Source: Azolla caroliniana (Eukaryota; Plantae; Polypodiophyta). Taken from it: a stretch of 12,249 bases of DNA. Shown one piece after another: positions 1 to 8,566 of this stretch. How positions within the stretch are numbered: position 1 is the first letter of the stretch; each line of letters begins with the position of its first letter. The notes below the pieces were generated by a model. The model saw nothing but the letters and a program-made list of their open reading frames with translations, was not told the origin of the DNA and made no database searches. The stretch covers positions 1-12,249 of the forward strand of contig JBHGNT010001082.1 in NCBI GenBank assembly GCA_043228905.1, given 5' to 3'. Position numbers and translations under genes: made by a program.

Positions 1-89
1 AAGACTTATATTAATTAGGTAGGTTTTACAAAATTATGAGGTGTACTTGTATCCATACTAATAAAATGAGATATAATTTATACTTTGAG

Positions 90-375
90 CCATACGTGCA
101 TGTATGTAATTGTCGAAAATGTAGGATAGTGCACATTAGGATAAGTGATTGGAATAACTAACTTATTAAAGTATTCAATACTTATATTAAAAGTTGATCT
201 AATCTATTCCTCAGTTTGTTCATATGGGATCAAACCATATGTGTATATAATTGTGCACAATGTAAGGCAGTGAACTTTAGGATAATGTCGTGGAAATAAC
301 AAACCTATTAGGCTTTCATACCTATATTTAAAATTGATCTACTCTATTGCTTAGGTGATTCACACAAGATCAAAC
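90..375 (+). repeat. Diverged ~140-bp tandem duplication (2 copies)
   Basis: Colinear shared blocks AATGTA, TTAGGATAA, TTGATCTA.TCTATT and GATCAAAC (228-235 and 368-375). Confidence 0.7.
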
Positions 376-769
376 TCCGAACGATAACGCAACTGGAACC
401 ATTATCAACACACTACACAATCTAAGCAGCAATGGAATAGAAACTAGACCTGTTTTAACAATATAAGACAAAGATCCATAATAACAACATGGACAGTCAT
501 GGCAATAATTATAGGGCCATGTTCTGTTAAGGTTAGCTTGGACCAAAATCAGCCTCCATTTAAGCTAGTTCATGTTTCTCCATAAGTTTGGTAGTCAGCT
601 ATGCACGCGGTGAAACCAATATCATAAATCTACTAATGAGGTATATAAAAATAAAATTGAAACATATAGATGATTATAAAGAATAGAATCCACTAGGTAA
701 AACCCAAAATTTGTATTAATAATGTGAAATCTTAACAAATCGTCAGTGTCATATTCTTTATAGAGTCTA

Positions 770-2059
770 TTACATAGCAATCAATTCATCTACGTCATTT
801 TCTTCATCATCTTGTGTAGAACTGTCTTCGGCTATACGTGCATTGGTTTCCCCTGTTAGCCGGGCCAACGAAATATCTTCTATAAGCTCATCATCAAGCT
901 CTATTAGCTCTCCCGGTTCGCCGGCTAACGGAGGAATAGGCTCTCGCGAAGCGGGTTGAAACCTTTCTGTATTGGCGAGGTTCTTTGCACCGACCTCCTC
1001 ATCCTGGTCTGGGCACTCCCACAAAGCCTTAATCCGCATATTAATAAATATAACTTGGTCCTCGTCCTTCTCCAATGCAACTGTATTCCTAAACAGCTTC
1101 AATGCACATGCTGACGTAGTTCCTGTGATGTAAGTAACAAGAAGATTTAGTTGTCAAACGAAAAAAAAGGGATTGGTTATCTCAAGATCGTTACCCTAGT
1201 TCGAGGAATACCTGTGCCAGAAAAGAGATCTAATATCCAGTCTCCTTCGACAGAAAACATCTCGATCAAGCGCATCATAAGTCGTTGAGGTTTTTGGTAT
1301 GGGTTGACAAGTCCCCGTTCTGTCGTGGTGACATGTCGCAATTTCCGAGTCACTGCTGGATATACCAACAGATTTGAACCTCCCACTTCATTAGAATGCT
1401 CTTTGATTCTCTGTTTTTTAATTTCATCGAAGTAGCCAACCGTTATGTATTCAATGGCATTAACGAACCGAAAAGTTGGCCCTCTATTTACATTGGTCTT
1501 GATCCTATAAAAAATAATTCATCGAGTTAAAAATAGATTCAACAACCTTAAGAATTGCAATATAATGAAAGACACCTATAAATAATCCTTACCATGCAAG
1601 GTTCTCGATGCCATGGCAACGAGATCTCAAAGCTTGAGCTACCGAGTACCCTTGGTCCATACTATGAAAGACAACTATTCGCCACAAGGATGCGGTCGTT
1701 AGCTCAGCGAAATCCTTGACCATCTTCTCCAATTGTTTAAACCTAAACGGTTCATCGTCGTATGATGACCCAGCCATTCGAAATCCGTAAGGAATATCCG
1801 CAATCATTAGCGTATATTCCTTCTTTGGCACCTTCTGGATCAAGTCGATGACATCACCGCAAACCACATTGTAGTAAAGATCTCTCGTAATATCTTTCTT
1901 GTGGCTAAATTTTTTAAACGAGCCATCTTCCTCCATTTCGTACGCCTTGACTAAGCGACGATCCTTTTCTTTTCTAGCTCGCTCGAGATGTGCAAGGAAG
2001 GATGTAGGGAAATCGTGTATATCCTTAACTTCTCCTTGTTTCTTGCCTCGACACGGTTT
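770..2059 (-). CDS. Exons 4-6: beta-class amino-methyltransferase catalytic domain plus acidic tail
   Basis: ORFs 1589..1936, 1177..1386 and 770..1102 are joined by introns 1592-1505 and 1211-1123. VVCGDVIDLI, ADIPY, PYQKP and ILDLFSGTG|TT motifs are intact. Confidence 0.9.
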
Positions 2060-4603
2060 CTAATAGAAGCAATAGGACATCAGGTATTATTACGCAACCT
2101 CTACATATGATGAAAGGGTAATGAAAAAATATCAATACTAACCCAATCCTTGAATGCAATAAAATACTCTGATAACGCCTCGGTCACTTGTTCCCAAGTT
2201 ATACATCCAAGTTGTTTCATCATTACTTCTTGGATCTTCATGTACACCTTATGACTGTAAAATTAGAAATCAAGATTAGAACTTTGAATTACACCAGATA
2301 GACTACAATTTCAGTATTTGAAAGACTTACTTATTGAACTCGGTGACCATTTCTTCAAGGCTTAAATCTTTCGCCACAACCCTTGACAAAACGGACACAA
2401 GAAGCTGCTCGTCCTTAATACCTTGCATCGCTCTCCATAGAGACAGCTTCATGTCGTCTGCCGCTTCTTCAATTGTCAAGTCAATTCTCTTGGCGGCTTG
2501 TGACTTTAATTCTAGTTGAGGGTCAACCCTACATTTCTTTTGTCGTTGACCCTTTACCTCCTTATTCTCCCACATTGAGAAGATTTGATCTTGGAGGTCC
2601 CATACTTCTCCATCTCTAAACGCCAATTGAAACCAAGATTCATACTTTCGAAGACCATCGGACCTAACATTATCATCTACCACAATGCCGACTTCATGCA
2701 GACATTGACGTCGAAGGCCTGGATGTAACTTCACACCAAACTTTTGTTTCACATCTAAATACTCGTGGTGGAAGAACCGGATTCGCTCAATAGACGACAT
2801 TTTCTGCCTATAGTCATTATCATTATTATGGTCCCATGCCAACAGCTTAGCCTCTTCGGTTGTGAGCCCAACATATATTTTGCACTCGGCATACTTGAAG
2901 AAGAAAGTGGTTGGATGTTCTCTGACAAGTTGTCGACGTGCCTCTGCTGAATGCGATCCACCAATGACAAAATAATTATATTGATCATGCTTTCTAATAT
3001 CAAAATCTTCAATGGTTTCACATTCTTCAGGATCCACCATAACAATAAAAGGCACCACTGTGGCATGAGGATTAATTTTCATTTTTTTCTTGAGATTTTG
3101 AACATGCATGCGATGAGGCTCTCTAATCTCAAGTGGTCTTCGACCTGTTTTTTCATCAATAGGGGGCCGATGGATGTGTGTTATAGGCAAATTAAATACT
3201 TGCCCTTTCCTGACCAGCTTCCGTTTCATTAACTCTCTTCTTATTTTATTCTGCTCGGATGACAAAACACCCGAGGCCAGCTCGGCTCCTGGCGTCCCCT
3301 TATTATCCTCTTCTTCATTGTCACTTGTCGAATCCGTATCCGACATTTTCGTTGTCTTCTTCTTGGCTGGTCTTGACTGGACTTTGGATACCTTTTTAGT
3401 GGCCTTCAAGTGGGAGGGCTCTTCATCTCGTAGAGTTACATGGCCTTGTATATAAGGCCTCAAGGTAACAATCAGGTTTTGTGAGTTATCAAGTGCTTTT
3501 TTGAACACTTCAGGCCCACAAGATTCCTTTACTAAAAGGTCTTCTGAAAGGAACACTTTGCGTACCCCCTTGGAGCACTCTATCATTACCAGTATGTTGG
3601 CCGAATCTGCATCTTCGTAGTCAAATCGTAGAATTCGGCCATACATAAATGGAGTTTCTTTTCCTAGCTGCCCCTCACCCTTCTTCTTTGATGTATACAA
3701 TACGACTTTTTTCTTTGAGTCGATATATTGCATACACCATTCCTTGTCCGTTAGATCTCGGTCAGGAAGGTCTTCGCCTCCAGTAGCGGCGACAATTTTC
3801 TTTTGGCTTACATCACTATGGGGCTGAGATTTTGTCTCTTCGTTAAATAGAAGCTTTTTTCCTCTCTTTATGGACTCCGGAGTTACCTTGGTCTGGGCTT
3901 CGATTGGAGAACCTTGTATGCGAAGCTTAATTTTCTTCACGGGTCGGTCTGACAGATTCTCAAACGACCTATTTAAGAAAGTATCCACCATAACATAAGT
4001 TAGACAGTTACGTAGATTAAAGTTGTTATTATAATGAAGAACAGTTTCTAGGAGCAGTAACATATTCAAAAATCTATTGTAGGCATGGCTATTCAACCTA
4101 GAAAATATATATCGTAATAAGTAAAACGGGTTATATATTCTTTTAAATAGTAGATATGACTTATATAGATTCTAAACCTATATTGATGAGAATTTGCCAT
4201 ATTGAATGCAATTTGTAGATCATTTTCTACTATTTTAAGCTAAAGTAGGTCAAAAAACACCTATAATTAGAGCTTGTATTTGTTTAGAAGTAAGTAAACT
4301 CAACATAGAAAGACTGATTTTGACAGACAATTTGATAACATTTCCACCCCGTAAACGATTTTTCTCTCTCAAAGGCTACACTTTAAACACGAACTCGATA
4401 CGCCGTATCGAGTTCGTGTTTAAAACCTATACTTTAAACACGAACTCGATACGGCGTATCGAGTTCGTGTTTAAAACTGACCTTTTAAACACGAACTCGA
4501 TACGCCGTATCGAGTTTTTCGGGAAACGAAACATATTTACAAAAATGTCCACAGTGTCAGAGGCCTACCTGGACTCCTCGCGCTCGACTCTCTTGGAAGA
4601 CAT
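770..4603 (-). CDS. Six-exon gene encoding a ParB/Srx-like domain fused to a beta-class amino-DNA methyltransferase (N6-A/N4-C type), ~965 aa. Exons 4603-4569, 3968-2331, 2254-2143, 2059-1593, 1504-1212, 1122-770
   Basis: Five GT..AG introns (600, 76, 83, 88, 89 bp) join in phase with no stops: 2898 nt = 965 aa + TAA. Motif IV ADIPY (DIPY 1787-1798) precedes WIKTN, NPYQKPQRLMMRLIEMFSVEGDWILDLFSGTGTTSACALKLFRNTVALEKD (motifs X, I, II), which is the beta-class order. Exon 1 (MSSKRVEREES) and the intron-1 acceptor are the least certain; an alternative in-phase acceptor gives an exon start at 4097. Confidence 0.85.
2331..3968 (-). CDS. Exon 2 of the ParB-MTase gene: basic/acidic low-complexity N-terminus, then a ParB/Srx-like domain (~2800-3200)
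   Basis: Lies within ORF 2327..4096. The run FNLPITHIHRP..IREP..HVQNLKKKM..PFIVMV..YFVIGGSHSAEARRQL..AECKIY follows the ParB N-terminal pattern (IxGxHRxxA-like, Arg replaced by Ser). Ends at donor AA|GTAAGT. Confidence 0.7.
4382..4516. repeat. Tandem array of a 43-bp palindrome TTTAAACACGAACTCGATACG-(C/G)-CGTATCGAGTTCGTGTTTAAA, 51-bp period
   Basis: Copies at 4382-4424 (centre C), 4433-4475 (centre G) and 4484-4516 (centre C, right arm truncated). Arms are 21 bp and perfect. The 8-bp linkers are ACCTATAC and ACTGACCT. Confidence 0.97.
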
Positions 4604-4655
4604 GGTTGATCGTGTTGTGTGGAGGCGGAGATCGCGCTTTCGTGCTTTGTGCCTT

Positions 4656-4718
4656 GAGTGCTCTGTGTGCTCTGTGTGCTCTGAGTGCTCTGAGTGCTCT
4701 GTATGCTCTGTACGCTCT
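4656..4718. repeat. 9-bp tandem repeat (GWRYGCTCT) x7 in the predicted 5' UTR of the ParB-MTase gene
   Basis: gagtgctct gtgtgctct gtgtgctct gagtgctct gagtgctct gtatgctct gtacgctct. Confidence 0.9.
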
Positions 4719-4745
4719 GGTGAGTGAAATATGATGAGGTCTTCC

Positions 4746-4753
4746 TATTTATA
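4746..4753 (-). promoter_or_regulatory. Putative TATA box (TATAAATA) of the ParB-MTase gene
   Basis: Minus strand reads ccTATAAATAgg, ~145 bp upstream of the ATG at 4603, with a plausible 5' UTR in between. Confidence 0.55.
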
Positions 4754-5345
4754 GGGATTGAACCCATGGTTAAAGTAACCATAGTTATCTTAACCAATGT
4801 TGGTAACTTTGAGGATAGTTAGTTTGTAACCATAGTCACATTAACTATAGTAACTTATGATTGTATTAATGATTACAAAGTCAAACTAATATATTGATCA
4901 ATCTTTTATACTCATAACAACCTACAATCACTTCAAAGGTTATGAAGGAGACAATGATAGAGGTTCATGAATGTACCAATGATTGATTACTAAAAGCAAA
5001 AATTTTTATGACTCTCAATAGTTATGTATTAAAGATGTGGGCATGAATTAACCAATGATTGATAAGTCTAATAATTAAAATGGTGAGCCTTAAAGAATCA
5101 ATGAGTGAGACGTTCTATATCAAAATGGGTGTCATTAATTAGCCAATGATTTTAACATTAATCCAACATATTCAAGGCTTGTTAATGATTAGTTTTATAT
5201 TTTACTTGATTTAACATCATTTAGATCTAGTTTATATAATGATTGATAATTTAAGTTAAATTACTTTATTAAAAATAATTTTTAGATGTATTGTATTTTA
5301 ATAGAATATTACATAATATAGACATTCTATTGATTTGGCTTTTGT

Positions 5346-5406
5346 TTAGAGAGAAGTTTATGTTTAGGGAGGAGTATATGGTTAGAGAGGAGTATAACTT
5401 AGAGAG
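5346..5406 (+). repeat. 17-18-bp tandem repeat x3 plus a partial copy, just upstream of the transposase ATG
   Basis: ttagagagaagtttatgt / ttagggaggagtatatgg / ttagagaggagtataac / ttagagag. Confidence 0.75.
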
Positions 5407-5426
5407 CCCTATCTAGACCTTAAGCC

Positions 5427-8207
5427 ATGAGTGAAGATTCACCGTTCTCGATTGAAGAATATTGTTTGTCATCAGACACATCGTTTTCTACTGAAGAGTA
5501 TTGTTTATCAACAGAGTCACCATATTCGATTGAAGAATATTGTCTTTCGACCGACTCACCAAATTCTATCGAAGAATATTGTCTGAGCTCATCTACAGGG
5601 AATGCAAATAATGACACATGTGAAGAGTTCTCTATTGAAGAATACGATATTAATAAAGATACCGGGAATGAAGGAAGTGCCCAGGAAACATTGAATAACA
5701 TTGGCGATGGTCAGAACAGAGAATTAGACTGTAACAAGGTTACACCAACCTCTATGCAGGAAGAGAAATCTGGGAGCCCTATGCATATTAGAAGAATCCC
5801 ACGAAGAATTCGTCTGGCTAGATTTAGCTTGGTGACATCAGATAAACAGATTGGATTTGATGTCAACAAAATATGTTGTGCCCGTGGTTGTATGTCTATG
5901 ATTGGAAAATCAAAGTTGCGAGAATTAAGGCGATACTATTTTTCGATGACCGGTGATGAGCAAGACACTTACCTCGGATCACATATGCAACTAGTATCTG
6001 ACAAATGTACGGGGATCAAAGTATCATTCGAGTATTATATCTTCCATGCGCAACAGATATGTAGAGTTGCATTCAAAATTGTGTTATGTGTTAGTAACAT
6101 GCGGCTACATAGAGTACAACAACGTCTACTTAGCGGGGATCAGATGCTCAATTGTAAAGAGGTTCCAAGTATGAAAGGTGCAATTGGAAGACTAGCTATT
6201 GGCTGGATGAAAACTTACTTTCAGTTAAATTGTGAAGTAATGCCCACTACAGGTAGGATGCATCTTTCTGATAATTATACCCGTCGGGAAGTTTATGATG
6301 TCTATCGATCTGAAATGTTGGGCTCACGTAATAAGTCTATCACCTATAGCCAATTCACAAGATTATGGAGAGCTCGGTTTTCAAATGTTATTATTCCTCG
6401 TAAAGTACGTATGGGTTATTGCTCCATTTGTGCAAATCTTAAAAGTTTGGCTAAAGGTGCAAAGACATCAATGGAAAAGGATACGAGTAAGAAGTTACTA
6501 CAAGAGCATCGCGAGGCACAATCCTTAGAACGAAGGAAGGCGATGCATCATAGAGAGAAGTGTTTGAAGAGGCCTGAACAATACATGTGCTTAATGATAG
6601 ATGGCATGGACCAGAAGAAGACATGCTTGCCGCATATGCGGAGGCTCCCCAAAGATGTCAATGATGAGTGCCTTGTTCAAATGCACTTGGTGGGATGCTT
6701 GGCTTATAATAGGTCTGTTCGACCTCACGTCTTCATTACTTACCCCAATGTTCACAATGACCCTAACCTAACAGTTACAGTGATTCACCGAGTTTTGATG
6801 TCTTGGGGACAACCTTTCCCCCCTGTTCTATACATTCAATTGGACAATACTGCTAGAGAGAACAAAAATTCAACTGTATTTGGCTATCTAAGTATGTTGG
6901 TCAACCTAGAATTGTTTAGGAAAGTGAAAGTCAATTTCCTTTTGGTTGGCCACACACATGACCATATAGATCAGATGTTTAGCACATTCTCCAGACAGTT
7001 GTCTCGGCATGATGCTTTCACTTTACCTAAACTATTTGATGTCATTTGTGATGCATATACACCACGCCCAAAAGTGTTACACTTGAAGGAGGTATATGAC
7101 TTTAAGAGATATATATTAGATGGGGGTGGTGGGAATGTTAAAGTGCTTGCTCAGTTAAACAATATAAGTTTCAATCACATTTTTTTGATAAAGAAAAATG
7201 GAATAAGTGGTTCTACACTTTTGTATGCTAAACAATATTCATCTTCTACAACATGGGAACCTAAAGGTGGTTGCCAGTTATTACTTTGTATGCCGAGTAC
7301 AATTGTCCATGGAGCTAAGCAAATGCCAATTGAGAAGAAAGGACAGTTGCAGAGCGACTTGGTATTAGAACAAAAACGGTCATGGCTCCAAGCCTTAGAA
7401 GAAAAAAGAAAACATATTGAGGCCGCCAAGAAATATGCCGCACAACAAGACACGTCATGGTGGGATGTATTTTATAGTGATCAGAAAGAAATTATAGACA
7501 ATTGTGTATCTGTTGATAATTGGAATTTGGAAACGCCATTCACATGGTCGCTGCAACATGATCGCGTAAATAGAAGTCCGGAGCGACTAGTAAATGCGAT
7601 TAATGACAGCTTGGTCCATCCACAACAAAGAGACATTTATGTGGGACCAAGGATGACCAAAGCAGCCGAAGCTAGATGGCAAGGAAATTTGCAAGAGCTC
7701 ACCGCGGGGATGTTGATTGCAACGCCGGCTGATGAGAACTCACATGGCCACCAATTTTGGGTTGGTAAAATTCTAGAAGTGCTAATGCATGAAATAGATA
7801 ACACGATCAAGTCTATAAATGTTCATTGGTACAACACTAGAAGTGCAAATGCTTTTACAGGTAAGTATACATTGGAGATGATTGAATGCCAAACAAGAAG
7901 GGGAGGTAGGAAGAGGAAGCGAAACATTCGTAACACCTCGACCCTTGATATCTCTGATGTGGATATCATCGTGTACGACTTCACACTTACAAAAGCCGGA
8001 CGATTAAGGAAGTCAACAATAGATATAATAAAAGAAAAATTACCAGGTCTACAAGGTGGCTCGAGTCAAAGGCAAACGAGATCTGCTACATATAATCTAG
8101 AGTCAAACCATTTGGTTTATGACGAAGATAATGCACTGATTGGTACATCCGAGGATGATGAGGAGGAATCGTCATTGTATATTAGTTATAGTAGTGATTC
8201 TCCGTAA
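5427..8207 (+). CDS. DDD-type DNA transposase, Sola1/DUF7869-like, 926 aa, intronless
   Basis: Uninterrupted ORF. Motifs MIDGMDQKKT (D392), LYIQLDNTARENKN (D473) and FLLVGHTHDHIDQMFS (D515). Upstream Cys/His clusters (CCARGC, ICRVAF, CSIC..H), a basic NLS-like RGGRKRKR and an acidic tail. Superfamily named from remembered motifs. Confidence 0.8.
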   Translation: MSEDSPFSIEEYCLSSDTSFSTEEYCLSTESPYSIEEYCLSTDSPNSIEEYCLSSSTGNANNDTCEEFSIEEYDINKDTGNEGSAQETLNNIGDGQNRELDCNKVTPTSMQEEKSGSPMHIRRIPRRIRLARFSLVTSDKQIGFDVNKICCARGCMSMIGKSKLRELRRYYFSMTGDEQDTYLGSHMQLVSDKCTGIKVSFEYYIFHAQQICRVAFKIVLCVSNMRLHRVQQRLLSGDQMLNCKEVPSMKGAIGRLAIGWMKTYFQLNCEVMPTTGRMHLSDNYTRREVYDVYRSEMLGSRNKSITYSQFTRLWRARFSNVIIPRKVRMGYCSICANLKSLAKGAKTSMEKDTSKKLLQEHREAQSLERRKAMHHREKCLKRPEQYMCLMIDGMDQKKTCLPHMRRLPKDVNDECLVQMHLVGCLAYNRSVRPHVFITYPNVHNDPNLTVTVIHRVLMSWGQPFPPVLYIQLDNTARENKNSTVFGYLSMLVNLELFRKVKVNFLLVGHTHDHIDQMFSTFSRQLSRHDAFTLPKLFDVICDAYTPRPKVLHLKEVYDFKRYILDGGGGNVKVLAQLNNISFNHIFLIKKNGISGSTLLYAKQYSSSTTWEPKGGCQLLLCMPSTIVHGAKQMPIEKKGQLQSDLVLEQKRSWLQALEEKRKHIEAAKKYAAQQDTSWWDVFYSDQKEIIDNCVSVDNWNLETPFTWSLQHDRVNRSPERLVNAINDSLVHPQQRDIYVGPRMTKAAEARWQGNLQELTAGMLIATPADENSHGHQFWVGKILEVLMHEIDNTIKSINVHWYNTRSANAFTGKYTLEMIECQTRRGGRKRKRNIRNTSTLDISDVDIIVYDFTLTKAGRLRKSTIDIIKEKLPGLQGGSSQRQTRSATYNLESNHLVYDEDNALIGTSEDDEEESSLYISYSSDSP
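5436..5591 (+). repeat. 39-bp coding tandem repeat x4 (13-aa unit) at the transposase N-terminus
   Basis: DSPFSIEEYCLSS / DTSFSTEEYCLST / ESPYSIEEYCLST / DSPNSIEEYCLSS, plus a degenerate FSIEEY downstream. Confidence 0.92.
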
Positions 8208-8513
8208 AGGAGTGATCATGAATGTATATTTGGCTATTAAGTGTAACTACATTCCGCTTGTAACAAATCGAGTAATATAAAATCATGTGTTTTGAATTCT
8301 TATGATTTCCCAAAAATCGTTTCTTATAAAATAACATTGGTTGTAAAGTTGGTGATATAAATTGAGAATGTATGTTTTTGAAATTCGTCTTTTTTTAGTT
8401 ACTTCTAAATCACGAAAATAGTGGATTTTTAACCTTTTTCATAGTATGTTTGAACTTGTATGATACTGGTATCAATGTGTTTTGTAAAATCATTGAAAAA
8501 CCCCTAAAATTTC

Positions 8514-8566
8514 CCTTATCCTTCCATTTATGCGCGATCCTTCCACTTGTGAACGCGAACGTGTTT
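8514..8566 (+). repeat. Terminal block (probable right TIR) of the DNA transposon; inverted match to 11354-11406
   Basis: 49/53 identity to the reverse complement of 11354-11406. Contains ATCCTTCCA twice and GAACG twice. Confidence 0.85.

Larger units (their letters stand above)
1..8563 (+). mobile_element. Large two-gene DNA transposon (transposase + ParB-MTase); right end ~8563, left end probably outside the window
   Basis: Divergent gene pair. The right terminal block is conserved with an inverted relative at 11354-11406, and similarity stops at ...GAACGTG(TTT). No matching left TIR was seen in 1-770, so placing the MTase gene inside the element is inference. Confidence 0.55.

Noticed and set aside
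2334-3455. Short overlapping ORFs on the opposite strand or in alternate frames of exon 2
   Set aside because: Shadow ORFs with no recognisable motifs.
3969-4096. N-terminal extension of the 589-aa ORF from a TTG start
   Set aside because: AT-rich and intron-like, with an in-phase acceptor at 3969. An alternative acceptor at 4098 cannot be excluded.
770-4096. Bacterial or phage operon of separate or frameshifted ParB and MTase genes
   Set aside because: The gaps are GT..AG introns with matching phases, and the neighbours are plant-type LTR elements.
4382-4516. CRISPR array
   Set aside because: Linkers are only 8 bp, no cas genes are present, and the context is a eukaryotic intron.
4320-4727. 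135-aa ORF with repeated LNTNSIRRIEF
   Set aside because: By-product of the 51-bp and 9-bp repeats (both multiples of 3), antisense to exon 1 and intron 1.
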